Source: an uncultured Spirochaetota bacterium (GTDB lineage: Bacteria > Spirochaetota > UBA4802 > UBA5550). Taken from it: a stretch of 64,000 bases of DNA. Under the pieces are notes generated by a model. It was not told the DNA's origin, searched no databases, and saw nothing but the letters and a program-made list of their open reading frames with translations. Positions within the stretch are counted from its first letter, which is position 1, and each line of letters opens with the position of its first letter. The translations under genes and the position numbers were made by a program. Positions 38,864-49,052 of this stretch are shown one piece after another. The DNA lies in contig OW818666.1 of the NCBI GenBank assembly GCA_942493035.1, positions 4,129,464 through 4,193,463 on the forward strand, given 5' to 3'.

Positions 38864-39781
38864 ATGACCGGCATTTTTTATAAAAATAAAAACGATATTA
38901 TTGCTGTTTTGAAAGATATGAGCGGTATTTTTTTCGGATGTGCTGTGGGGGGACTCGGCTTATCACTTTTTCTGATCCCGTTTAAGGCAAGCCCCGGTGG
39001 CGCTGCAGGTATTGCTCAGATCTTTTTCTATTTCTTTAATATACCTGCAGGTCTGCTCATGCTTCTTATAAATATTCCGTTGTTTATTATAGGTATAATT
39101 ATATTCGGAAAAATGTTCGGGATTAAAACTCTTTTCGGGATATTTTCTTTGTCTTTTTTTACGGATTTATTTGCATCGGAGAGGTTCACCGGTGCGTCAT
39201 TCCTGAAGGATTTTATTTTTAAAATAAATGAACAGAGTGTTTCTTTTACCAATGAGATTCTTCTTGCTGTGGTTGCAGGGAGTCTTCTCCTGGGAGTGGG
39301 TGTCGGATTTGTTATTAAGTTCAACGGTTCAACAGGGGGGAGCGATATACCGGCACTTCTTCTCCGGAAATATTTCGGACTGACTGTAGGCACGTCGTAT
39401 CTGATGATTGATACTTTTGTTATTTTTGGAGTTGGAATTATTTTTAAGGATCCGAACCTTATTTTATGGGGATTTATCTCTCTATATATAACAACTAAAG
39501 GTACGGATTTCATTGTTGAGGGGATGTCATATACAAAGGAGTTGTTCATAATCAGCAGTAAATCCGATGAGATAAGAGAATTTATAATCAATGATCTCGA
39601 TAGAGGGTGTACACTGCTTAGAGGGGAGGGGGGCTACACGGGCGAAGAGAAGGATGTTATATATCTTGCACTTCACACAAGAGAACTTCCGAAGATAAAG
39701 GGGGCCGTCAAAAACATTGACCCCCTGGCTTTTATTGTTGTTAATGATGCTTATGAAGTAATGGGTGATTTCAGGAGATAG
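38864..39781 (+). CDS. YitT family membrane protein (DUF2179 C-terminus)
   Basis: PGG..GIA, INIPLF, GSTGGSD, RGCT...GEGGYTG, IDPLAF. Confidence 0.9.
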   Translation: MTGIFYKNKNDIIAVLKDMSGIFFGCAVGGLGLSLFLIPFKASPGGAAGIAQIFFYFFNIPAGLLMLLINIPLFIIGIIIFGKMFGIKTLFGIFSLSFFTDLFASERFTGASFLKDFIFKINEQSVSFTNEILLAVVAGSLLLGVGVGFVIKFNGSTGGSDIPALLLRKYFGLTVGTSYLMIDTFVIFGVGIIFKDPNLILWGFISLYITTKGTDFIVEGMSYTKELFIISSKSDEIREFIINDLDRGCTLLRGEGGYTGEEKDVIYLALHTRELPKIKGAVKNIDPLAFIVVNDAYEVMGDFRR

Positions 39782-39784
39782 CTT

Positions 39785-41326
39785 TCAGGCTATCTCCTTT
39801 TCGATCAGTGCTGAGAGATGTTTAAGTCTGTCTGCACTCTCTTGTAGAATTTTTGTATTTTCAGCATTCTGCTGAATTGTCTTTCCAGTATCTTCGATTG
39901 AAAGAGCAATCCCTTCAACTGCATACTGCTGCTCTTTCATCGAAATATTTATCTGCTCTGTTTTTTCAATTGCTGTTCTGGTTTTGTTATCCATATCAGT
40001 TTTAAGTTTTTTCTGTTCTTCCAGAGCTTTAACTGTAGTTACGGCATTATCCTGAAGTGATCCAAGTGAACTCATTGTTTCATTAATAAACTCAAGAATC
40101 TGATTTATAACCTTGTTCGATTCCACAGCGTCTTTTTTATTTGTTTCAATAAGGTCTGCAATTCTGTTAAGCTCCTGCGTCGAATGATCAGCAAGCTTCC
40201 CTATCTCTTCAGCTACTACTGCGAAACCCCGTCCATGCTCTCCTGCTCTTGCAGCTTCTATTGCGGCGTTAAGTGAGAGAAGATTTATTTTATCGAAGAA
40301 TTCCTCAATAATAGTAATAACAAGTGTTATGTCATTTGAATTCTGAAGTATTTTTTTATTTATCGTGTCGAGTGTCCCCGATGCCTGGCTCCCTTTTTTT
40401 GCATTATTGAGAAATGCGATAAGAGTATCCTTCATTCCGCTGCCGTAGTTTTCTATGGAGTCTATTGAGATCGATAGGGCGTTTATACTTGCTGAAAGCT
40501 CTTCGATGGAATGTTTCTGGTAATCTGTTGCTTTTGAAACATTTTCAGTTCCTGCTGAGATCTCCTCAACTGTGGCGGAAAGTTCTTCCATTGACGCAGC
40601 CTGCGATTGTGCGTTATCTGAATATTTTGTAATGATATGGTAATTTTGATCAATAGAATCATTAAGTTCTACAACGGCATTTTTAATTGTTGAGACAAGT
40701 GATTTTATCTGGAAATAGTTCTCTCTGTTCTTTTCAGATTCGGATTCAGCGGTATTAACTGCCCGGTTTAGAAACTTAGCAGTAACCGTACCTAATATAT
40801 AAAGCAGGGTAAGAGTCAGCAGGCCGTCAATAAATGTTGAATTTACTGTCTGAACAAGGAAACCTGCAGCTGCCGGTTTGGCTATTGCGAAATAAAAGTA
40901 TGAATGTGTTGTAATAAAAATCAGCAGTACAGTAGTTGAAACCAGCATTGAGCAGTAGAGTGTAGTATATGCAAGAGCTACATGCATAAATACTCCCATT
41001 GTAACACCGGAGAGATAGTACGGTCTGGTCAGGAATCCTGAAGCTGCTATAAAAGAAGCCGTAAATGCAAGTGTGTTTGCGGCAAGTTCAACTTTTCCCG
41101 ATTTTATCAGAAAAATAATAATTATACAGGATACTACTAGAAGTGAAGAGGATTTTACTATCTGAATCAATCTGGCAGAATCGAGGAAAAACAGACCGAA
41201 AATGTTGAGTACTAAAATACTTGCGATGATTGATGAGCTGAAGATAAATACATATTGTGCTTTTTTGTACCGGATTACTTTTTCCGGAGGGTACTTTCTT
41301 AGAAAGGTTTTTAATAAATTGTTCAT
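39785..41326 (-). CDS. Methyl-accepting chemotaxis protein, multi-pass membrane N-terminus
   Basis: [33 protein letters not shown] signalling hairpin. Confidence 0.95.
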   Translation of the reverse strand: MNNLLKTFLRKYPPEKVIRYKKAQYVFIFSSSIIASILVLNIFGLFFLDSARLIQIVKSSSLLVVSCIIIIFLIKSGKVELAANTLAFTASFIAASGFLTRPYYLSGVTMGVFMHVALAYTTLYCSMLVSTTVLLIFITTHSYFYFAIAKPAAAGFLVQTVNSTFIDGLLTLTLLYILGTVTAKFLNRAVNTAESESEKNRENYFQIKSLVSTIKNAVVELNDSIDQNYHIITKYSDNAQSQAASMEELSATVEEISAGTENVSKATDYQKHSIEELSASINALSISIDSIENYGSGMKDTLIAFLNNAKKGSQASGTLDTINKKILQNSNDITLVITIIEEFFDKINLLSLNAAIEAARAGEHGRGFAVVAEEIGKLADHSTQELNRIADLIETNKKDAVESNKVINQILEFINETMSSLGSLQDNAVTTVKALEEQKKLKTDMDNKTRTAIEKTEQINISMKEQQYAVEGIALSIEDTGKTIQQNAENTKILQESADRLKHLSALIEKEIA

Positions 41327-41787
41327 ATTCTGTTACCATTTATATATATATTTTTGAAGTTAACAGATTAGCTGGATTGTATAAAGTTTCATCGAAGATT
41401 TATCGTGAGGAATGAAATTTTTATACAAAAAAGAATAATTCATTTCACTTCGTATCTAGTAATAATATTTACATTTATTTTTCTATTAAAAAATTTTTAA
41501 AATTGAAAAGTAATTAAAAAGGTAAGTATTTATAAGCCGTTGGTATTTTTTCTCCAACGCACCACGGTTATGGCGGAGAAAATTTTCTCACCGGTTTCTG
41601 AGTACTTATTTTAAAAGCATGTTTTGAAAAAAATGCAGGAATCATATTTTGAAGGAGAATGAAGCAGTTCATATTCAATTTTTCGTGAATTTTTATTACT
41701 AATAATGGGAGTTTTTCAGATGAGAAAACCGGATGTTGAAATTCAGTTTTCTCATTTATAATATTGAGGAGGATTCTGATGAGTTTT

Positions 41788-43257
41788 TTAAAACTTTAAT
41801 GTTAAAGAAACTCCAAATGTCGGATTTCCCCTTTCGTCCAGAGTGAAAAGCGGTGCTGGTATTACATATTCATCAGTAACTTCTCCGCTTGATATATTCT
41901 CTTTTTTAAAGATTGAATGAATTATTTCAACTGATTTTGAAAATGCAAAAATTGAAGCGTAAGTAATACCTCTGTTTTTGTTTGAACTCCCTTTTTTATA
42001 GCTGTTGGACGCTTCATCATAATATTCAGGAGTTGAGAATTCACGCATTGCCATGTATAGTAAAATATTGTTAAGATGAAAATAGAAGTACCCCCATTCT
42101 CTGCTCCCTCTGTAGAAAAGGCCTGCACCATTGCTTGTTAGAGAGAGCAGCGCCGCTGTAGTCGTATTGCCGAGAAGCTGGTTGTTTCCGGTAAAATAGG
42201 ATGCCTGATGAAGATAGTTGTAATTGTATGAATCTATAAAGAGCGGCATCCCTCCTGCAACAAGCATATACCAGGCGAAATAGTTTATTGCTCTATCATC
42301 ACGGGAGATGTCTTTATGGTCTTTTTTAAGATTTTCCGGGGTGTTGAGGAATCCTCTCGCTTCAAGATACAGATATGGCGGAGCATTAAGCATCCACAAA
42401 CCCAGGCCCGCCCAGTCATCGTTCATGTAATATCCCAGCAGCGGAGATGAAAGGGGCATCGATGCACTTGCAGCAGGGATAACTGCAAGTATAAATAAAG
42501 TGTCATAAAATGAGGTTTTACCGAAAACAATTTCATTTTTCCGTGTTTTATAAAACTCTGCAATACTTGTGCTCTGATCTTTGAACGGGAGAAGTATAAA
42601 AAATTCATTATCAGGGATAATTAAATCTGCAGCTGCAATAATTCCATCAGCAATATTAACTTCTCCCTGATCTTTTATAATCCCATTTGAATCGGCCGAA
42701 TAAATTCTGAATTTACCGCTTTTTTTCATGTCATCTGAGAGAATGTATTTATTCTCAAATTTTTTAATTCGAACAGGAAGCTGAAATATATTTAATGCTC
42801 TTGAGATAAATTCAGCGGCATGTTCTTCACTGATAAGGCTGAATTCTCTTGAATTGATAGAGACATCCATGGGGATGCTTACTTCATATTTATTTATAAT
42901 TCTTTTGTTATATGGAATTTTAATACCATAAGCTTCAAGTTTTATCATTATAAATTTTTTATTATCTGTTACGGTGCCGGATATTATAAGATCAATATCT
43001 GCATCTTCTGAGAATTTAAGAATACATTTCTCTTCAGTGCAATTGAATTTAGTTAGTTCGCGGCTTATTATCTCCGGTTCTATAATAGAGAAACTGTTCT
43101 TTTTCAGTATTTCGAGTATATGCTTTTCAATAACCAGTGCAAGGGTTGCAGATCTTTCGGTGTTTGATGAAATGCCTGAAACTCCAGCTAATGGTGCAGA
43201 GGAGAGTAGTCCGTATAGATTGAGGAATATTATAATAAGGAATATTTTATTTTTCAT
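41788..43257 (-). CDS. Exported or membrane hypothetical protein
   Basis: 489-aa ORF with signal peptide, later hydrophobic segments and terminal Phe (GVSLTLKF). Confidence 0.7.
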   Translation of the reverse strand: MKNKIFLIIIFLNLYGLLSSAPLAGVSGISSNTERSATLALVIEKHILEILKKNSFSIIEPEIISRELTKFNCTEEKCILKFSEDADIDLIISGTVTDNKKFIMIKLEAYGIKIPYNKRIINKYEVSIPMDVSINSREFSLISEEHAAEFISRALNIFQLPVRIKKFENKYILSDDMKKSGKFRIYSADSNGIIKDQGEVNIADGIIAAADLIIPDNEFFILLPFKDQSTSIAEFYKTRKNEIVFGKTSFYDTLFILAVIPAASASMPLSSPLLGYYMNDDWAGLGLWMLNAPPYLYLEARGFLNTPENLKKDHKDISRDDRAINYFAWYMLVAGGMPLFIDSYNYNYLHQASYFTGNNQLLGNTTTAALLSLTSNGAGLFYRGSREWGYFYFHLNNILLYMAMREFSTPEYYDEASNSYKKGSSNKNRGITYASIFAFSKSVEIIHSIFKKENISSGEVTDEYVIPAPLFTLDERGNPTFGVSLTLKF

Positions 43258-43316
43258 TAATCCAGTTCTTAATCATCTAAGATTCATTTTATTTTGTTGA
43301 TTCCGGCGTCATTTGC

Positions 43317-43353
43317 CGGGCATATTATCGTTTTGAGAAAAATATGCCCGTAT
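43317..43353. repeat. REP-like inverted repeat / possible terminator downstream of lexA
   Basis: CGGGCATATT-N14-AATATGCCCG followed by TA. Confidence 0.5.
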
Positions 43354-43411
43354 GAATTCTGATGTAATGAGTCTTGAAGATGATATGCGGTATGTCAAAT
43401 AAAAAAGATAA

Positions 43412-44020
43412 TTACATGTATGTCCTGAATACGGCTGCAAGTTTACCCATTATAGTTACGTCGGTACATTCAATAGGTTTATATGCGGCATTTCTCGGCA
43501 TCAGTTTAATTGAGTTGGAGGTTTTCTGCAGTACCTTAAGGGTTGCCTCATCATCAACAAGCGCTGCTACAATTTCTCCATTCTCTGCAGTATTCTGCTT
43601 CTTAATGACTGCAATATCGCCATCGAAAATTCCCCCTTCAATCATTGAATCGCCTCGGACTGTCAGAGCAAAGTATTCGCCGCGGCTGAACATCTCCTCT
43701 GGAAATGAAAGATAATCTTCAATGTTCTCCTCTGCAAGTATGGGTGTACCTGCTGCAATTCTCCCTAGAAGCGGTATACTGATCCCGGTACTTTTAATTA
43801 CGATTTCGTCGTCAATAATAACTATTGCGCGTGATTTGTTGTGCTCTGTTTTAATGAATCCTTTCTTTTCAATGGCTTTCATATGGTCATATGCGCCCTT
43901 TACAGTTATACCGAATTTATCCCCGATCTCCCGAACAGTTGGAGGGAATCCTGAATCGATAATAGATTCTTTGATAAAATTCAGAATGAGCTGCTGTTTA
44001 TCTGTCAGATCTTTGGCCAT
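43412..44020 (-). CDS. lexA: SOS repressor LexA
   Basis: Start adjusted to 44020; LTDKQ, GFPPTVREIG, LLGRIAAG.PI (Ala-Gly cleavage site), GDSM, EATLK. Confidence 0.97.
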   Translation of the reverse strand: MAKDLTDKQQLILNFIKESIIDSGFPPTVREIGDKFGITVKGAYDHMKAIEKKGFIKTEHNKSRAIVIIDDEIVIKSTGISIPLLGRIAAGTPILAEENIEDYLSFPEEMFSRGEYFALTVRGDSMIEGGIFDGDIAVIKKQNTAENGEIVAALVDDEATLKVLQKTSNSIKLMPRNAAYKPIECTDVTIMGKLAAVFRTYM

Positions 44021-44038
44021 ATTATACCTTCCATTAAA

Positions 44039-44076
44039 GCTAAACATAATATTAGCATACATTTGTTTTATGTCAA
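44039..44076 (-). promoter_or_regulatory. lexA promoter with overlapping candidate operator
   Basis: TTGACA (44071-44076)-N16-TAATAT with TGn extension; palindrome GCTAA-N8-TTAGC (44039-44056) covers the -10. Confidence 0.55.
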
Positions 44077-44240
44077 GAGAAAATAAAGAATATTATTGTT
44101 TTATTTAGTAACTATTCAAAAACCGGCTGAGAGCAATTTTACTGCGTATTTTATTATTTAAAGTATTACTGATAAGTTTTTCTTTACAATAACAAATATT
44201 TGTAAAACAATAACATTAATAAATTTGAATGAGGTGTTTT

Positions 44241-46094
44241 ATGTATAAGCCTGAAAACTTTGATGCTAAAGTAATTGATATGAAAAAATTTACCTCTCTT
44301 ATCAAACCGGGGAATAAAATATTTCTCACAAGCGGACCGGCTATTCCTGCTCTTGCAGCTAAAGAGATTGCTACATCTGAAAATCTTCGAAACTACGATC
44401 TTGAGATAATACAACTTTTTTCAACCGGTGATTTTTTTAATGATGAATCATGTGATATTCAAAATTATAGAAGAAAAACTTTTAGAAGCGGAGAGACAGC
44501 TGTTGAAGATGTATGTAATGGTAAAGAGGATTACATCCCTGCTAATCTTGTTGAGATTCCGTATATTTTTGCTACGAAGGCGATAGAGATAGATATTGCA
44601 GTAATAACCACATCTCCGCCAGATAAAAGAGGATTTATGAGCCTTGGAGTCGCAATCGATGTTGCAGATACTGTCATAAAAAATGCGGCAATTGTAATTG
44701 CAGAGGTGAATCCAAATATGCCGGTCACTTATGGAGAAACGTCGATTCATATCGATCAGGTGAATCATGTGATCTTAAGCAATGAGACGCTTCTTGAGAG
44801 AGAGAGGGTTGCATATGACAGTGTTCAGGATCTAATCGGCTGGCATGTGGGCAATCTTATTCAGGATGGTTCTACCGTTGTTCTACACGTAGGCAGAATT
44901 TTCGATGCTATTGCCGTTCATCTGATGTCAAAGAGGAATCTCGGTATTCTTACAAATGTTGTATCTGACTGGATTATAGATCTTGTTGAAGCGGGTGCTG
45001 TATCAGTTGATAGAAAGAGAGAGTGGGGCGGGCAGATCTCAACCAGCTACTGTTATGGTTCAAGAGAACTTTACGATTATGTAGACCATAATCAGCTTTT
45101 CGGTTTCTACCCGATAGCAAAACTTGCGAATCCGCTGAGTATAAAAAATATTTCAAAACTGATTAGTATTATGAATGTGGAGAAAATAGATATAACAGCT
45201 GCAAAGGTTCTGGTTTTTGCCGGTGATGATCTTCTTTCCGGTTATGAGAGTAAATTTAATTTTGCAGCAGGAACTGCATTTTCAGGAAGCGGCAAAGTGA
45301 TTTTTGCACTTAAGTCAGTAGGGCAGGATGGAGAGAGTAACATTGTAATAACACATGACAGAGATAATGATAGAATAAGGTCTACTCTCAGTACAGCAAG
45401 ATATGTTGTAACTGAGTACGGAGTTGCATCATTATTCGGTAAGTCCAACAGAGAGAGAGCTCTATCTCTTATTGAGATTGCCCATCCTGACCACAGAGAG
45501 GCTCTGTTTAATAAAGCGAAGGAGCTCGGTTATCTATATCCCGATCAGATATACAGATCAATATCTGCGAATTATCCGATCAAAATAGAGACAGTGAAAA
45601 CATTCAAAGACGGACTTGAACTGAAGATCCGTCCGATCAGAGCATCCGATGAGGATATGATGAGGCGTCTGTTCTATAAGTTCTCTGATGAATCGAAATA
45701 TTACAGATATTTCACTCATGTTAAAGTAATGCCTCATAAGAATATGCAGAAGTACCTCAGCGTCGATTACGAAAAGATTATGGCGATAGTTGCTGTATAT
45801 CAGCAGGGCAATACGGAGAGAATAGTAGCCGAGGCAAGATATGCGGCTTTCCCAAGTGGAGATGCATATGAGATGGCATTTCTTGTTGATGAGGAGTTTC
45901 AAGGTAAAGGGCTTGCTACCTTTCTTGCTAATTTTCTTATAAAGATTGCAAAGGATAGAGGGATAAAAAAACTCACCGCATCAGTTCTTGCACAGAATCA
46001 GAAGATGCTTACTGTTTTTGATAAGCTTACAGTAACTCCGCAGAAGCATTATGATGGAGAGACCATTGAGCTGGAATTTTATCTGCAGGATTAA
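44241..46094 (+). CDS. Acetyl-CoA hydrolase/transferase-fold domain fused to a C-terminal GNAT acetyltransferase
   Basis: PPDKRGFMSLG, IAEVNPNMP, VVTEYGVA.L.GKS.RERA..LI.IAHPD; GNAT IRPI, AFLVDEEFQGKGLA. Confidence 0.88.
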   Translation: MYKPENFDAKVIDMKKFTSLIKPGNKIFLTSGPAIPALAAKEIATSENLRNYDLEIIQLFSTGDFFNDESCDIQNYRRKTFRSGETAVEDVCNGKEDYIPANLVEIPYIFATKAIEIDIAVITTSPPDKRGFMSLGVAIDVADTVIKNAAIVIAEVNPNMPVTYGETSIHIDQVNHVILSNETLLERERVAYDSVQDLIGWHVGNLIQDGSTVVLHVGRIFDAIAVHLMSKRNLGILTNVVSDWIIDLVEAGAVSVDRKREWGGQISTSYCYGSRELYDYVDHNQLFGFYPIAKLANPLSIKNISKLISIMNVEKIDITAAKVLVFAGDDLLSGYESKFNFAAGTAFSGSGKVIFALKSVGQDGESNIVITHDRDNDRIRSTLSTARYVVTEYGVASLFGKSNRERALSLIEIAHPDHREALFNKAKELGYLYPDQIYRSISANYPIKIETVKTFKDGLELKIRPIRASDEDMMRRLFYKFSDESKYYRYFTHVKVMPHKNMQKYLSVDYEKIMAIVAVYQQGNTERIVAEARYAAFPSGDAYEMAFLVDEEFQGKGLATFLANFLIKIAKDRGIKKLTASVLAQNQKMLTVFDKLTVTPQKHYDGETIELEFYLQD

Positions 46095-47452
46095 ACTCCC
46101 TGTTTATTTTCTATAAGGAAGTCTATATGAAGTATAGACTTCCGGAGAAGATAAAATACAAAAACTGCATTCAGTCCGTCAGAAACAGGCATGGAGATCC
46201 ATACTCCGTTTAGAGCGAAAATCCGCGGCAGAAACCAAAGCAGCGGGAGCAGAAACAAAACCTGGCGTGTCAGTGTCATTGTTGTTGCCAGGTATACCTT
46301 ACCCGTGGACTGGAAATAGTTGCTGGCGACTACCTGAAAGCCCACTGCCGGCAGCATCAGCATAAAAATTCTCATTGCGGGAACTCCTTTAACAATCAGT
46401 TCGCTGTTATTGTTAAACATCAGAATTATCCAGTACGGGAAGATCTCTCCTATTATAAATGCAATTACTGATAGTATTGTCGCATATTTAACTGTAAGCA
46501 TTAATGTCTCTTTTACTCTTTCATAATTTCCCGCGCTGAAATTATATCCAAGGATCGGCTGTGCAGCCATATTGATTGCTATTATCGACATTATAAAGAG
46601 TGTTGCCACGCTGTTTATAATCCCCATAACTGCTACAGAGATATCTCCTCCGTACTTTATCAGCTGGGTGTTGAATACAGCCTGAACCACACTATTGGCA
46701 ATCTGCATAATAAATGGTGCCATACCGGAAGCAACAATTCCTGTTATTATTATTCTGTCCGGGATCATATTGGTGAGATGAAGATGTATTACAGATCGTG
46801 TGCCTCTGAAATGAGCGATTACATAAACAGCCAGAACAAATTGTGCAATTACAGTTCCGAGCGCTGCCCCCTTTACACCCATACCAAATCCGAATATAAA
46901 TACTGCATCGAGGACAATATTTATTGAGATGCTCAGGAGCATGGAATACATTGCGATTTTAGCATTACCCTCGGAACGTATAGACGAGTTCAAGCCGTAA
47001 CCGGTAATGGCAAAGACGGTTCCTAGAAGTATTATATTAAGATAATCGTTAGCATAACCGATGGTTTCGTTTGTAGCTCCGAAAGATTTCAACAGGGGGA
47101 CTTTAATCGCAAATCCGATTATGGTCAGCAATATCGAAACTGAAATCATCAGCGTTAGAGCATTGCCGAGTATCTTTTCTGCCTGTTCTCTGTCCGCCTT
47201 TCCCAGTGCAATAGATGTCATAATACCGGAGCCGATGCCGAAGAGCATGCCGAATCCCATGATAATAATCATAATAGGAAATACAACGGTGAGCCCCGAC
47301 AGTGCTGCGTGACCCACACCCTGTCCTATAAATATGCGCCCCACTATGTTGTAGAGTGCGCTTGTAATTACAGCAATAAATGCAGGTATATAATAACTTA
47401 GAAGAAGGGCTCTTATATCTTTACCTGCAAGATCTTTTGTCTGTTTTACCAT
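46091..47452 (-). CDS. MATE family efflux transporter (MepA-like)
   Basis: About 12 TM segments; NIVLDAVFI, GVKGAALGT, QPILGYN, RQ.LFL.P. Confidence 0.93.
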   Translation of the reverse strand: MVKQTKDLAGKDIRALLLSYYIPAFIAVITSALYNIVGRIFIGQGVGHAALSGLTVVFPIMIIIMGFGMLFGIGSGIMTSIALGKADREQAEKILGNALTLMISVSILLTIIGFAIKVPLLKSFGATNETIGYANDYLNIILLGTVFAITGYGLNSSIRSEGNAKIAMYSMLLSISINIVLDAVFIFGFGMGVKGAALGTVIAQFVLAVYVIAHFRGTRSVIHLHLTNMIPDRIIITGIVASGMAPFIMQIANSVVQAVFNTQLIKYGGDISVAVMGIINSVATLFIMSIIAINMAAQPILGYNFSAGNYERVKETLMLTVKYATILSVIAFIIGEIFPYWIILMFNNNSELIVKGVPAMRIFMLMLPAVGFQVVASNYFQSTGKVYLATTMTLTRQVLFLLPLLWFLPRIFALNGVWISMPVSDGLNAVFVFYLLRKSILHIDFLIENKQGV

Positions 47453-47730
47453 ATATGCCTTCGGGAGTTAATAGCTTTTATTAAATCAATGGTTAAAACT
47501 ATGAAGATTTAACTCAAGTAAATAAATCAAACCGTCAGTTTTTTAATCAGCAGATTCTATTTTGTAATCAGCTTATAAATATGTACATTTTAAAAGCTAT
47601 ATCCGTTATTTTCTTGATTTTTAATGCTCTAAGTACTGTTATGATTGTAACAGAATCCGGTAATTTCAATCTCTATTCTAAAGACTATTGTGATTACCCG
47701 GTTGATAAAAAGATTCAGAAAACTAATGAA

Positions 47731-47866
47731 AAATACATATCTCCCGCCGAAGGTATCTACTCATAAACAGGTGGCGAAATTGCTCTCCGCCGCGCCTATG
47801 GCACGGCGGAGATAAAATACCACTTGTTTTGAACAGTACCGCTGAAGGCGGGGGGAGATATATATT
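47731..47866. repeat. Long nested palindrome related to the MITE core
   Basis: Outer arms AAATACATATCTCCC / GGGAGATATATATTT, middle arms AAACAGGTGG / CCACTTGTTT, inner TCTCCGCCG..GCC-TAT-GGC..CGGCGGAGA. Confidence 0.7.
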
Positions 47867-47937
47867 TAGATTGATTTTAACTATAATTTTATATGTAGCT
47901 AAGTGATTAAAGCCAATTAAAACTAAGGATTAAATAT

Positions 47938-48561
47938 ATGCTAAGTTCAACAATGATTTACAAGGGTGGGATTATTATGATCCCTATTATTCTTGGATCT
48001 GTAATAGCTCTTGCAATTGTCATTAACAGAATTAATTATTTTCTATCAATCAAAATGGATTTAGATTCATTTATAGATAAAATTCATTCGCTGGTCAGAG
48101 CCGATAAAATTGATCAGGCTGTAAGTGAATGTTCTGCAGTTAAACACCCTCTCGGGAAGGTCTTCCGTGCTGGTCTTGAGAATATTCATAAAGACCGTAC
48201 CGGTATTGAACGGAGCATGGAGAGATCCGGTACAATGGAGATTGCGGAGGCCGAGAAGTTTATGCTGCTCCTTGTGATTATAGTTGGTGTAGAGCCTATG
48301 CTCGGTTTTCTCGGTACAATTATGGGGCTGATACAGTCTTTTATGGCATGGGAGAAACTGGCCGGAGCGGTTACAGTCGATTTTCTTGCTGCGGGAATTT
48401 ATCAGGCTATGATCACTACTGCCGGGGGACTTATTGTAGCAATACCGTATTATATAATATATCATGTAATGGTGGGCAGAATTAATACCCTTGCAAGGGT
48501 TCTCAATCATCAGGGTGAAGAGCTGCTCGACCTGTTAAAGGATACACGGAAGGTTTCATAA
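47938..48561 (+). CDS. MotA/TolQ/ExbB proton channel protein
   Basis: GG..M.PI, PMLGFLGTIMGLI, GIYQAMITTAGGL.VAIP. Confidence 0.93.
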   Translation: MLSSTMIYKGGIIMIPIILGSVIALAIVINRINYFLSIKMDLDSFIDKIHSLVRADKIDQAVSECSAVKHPLGKVFRAGLENIHKDRTGIERSMERSGTMEIAEAEKFMLLLVIIVGVEPMLGFLGTIMGLIQSFMAWEKLAGAVTVDFLAAGIYQAMITTAGGLIVAIPYYIIYHVMVGRINTLARVLNHQGEELLDLLKDTRKVS

Positions 48562-49002
48562 ATGAAAATAACTCCTTCAACAAAACTACTTGTATCTCTT
48601 GAGTCCGCAGCATTGTCAGATATTATTATGAATCTCTTTATCTTCTTTTTCATAAGTTTCAGTCTGCTTTATACGTTCAATCAGCATAAGCAGTCAGATA
48701 TTAAGGTTAATCTCCCGAAGGGGACAACTGATATGGATCAGTTTAAAGGTCCTGTAGTTGTAAGTATAACAAAGGATAATATTGTTTATTTTAATTCAGA
48801 GAAAATTGAATTAAAAAATCTTACAACTCATCTTGCTAAAAATCTGGAAAGAACAATGGCTGAAGGGCTTGTTATAAAATCTGATAAAGAGGCATCTGTC
48901 GATACTCTGGTGAAAGTTCTTGATACCTCAAAGGCTGCAGGGATTAACAAACTCGGAATAGCGATAGATGTTCCGAAAAACTCCGGAACTCTTCAGCAGT
49001 AA
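48562..49002 (+). CDS. ExbD/TolR family protein
   Basis: LSDI...LFIFF TM helix with conserved Asp, VNLP, IKSDK. Confidence 0.9.
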   Translation: MKITPSTKLLVSLESAALSDIIMNLFIFFFISFSLLYTFNQHKQSDIKVNLPKGTTDMDQFKGPVVVSITKDNIVYFNSEKIELKNLTTHLAKNLERTMAEGLVIKSDKEASVDTLVKVLDTSKAAGINKLGIAIDVPKNSGTLQQ

Positions 49003-49052
49003 ATTTTTTCCGGTATTTTCAACTTTAGAAGTCTGCAGATCCGGGAAATCAA

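Noticed and set aside
41766-41799. Strong GAGGAGG RBS followed by a 6-codon ORF (MSFLKL)
   Set aside because: Too short to support; it overlaps the end of the opposite-strand gene and may be chance or a relic.
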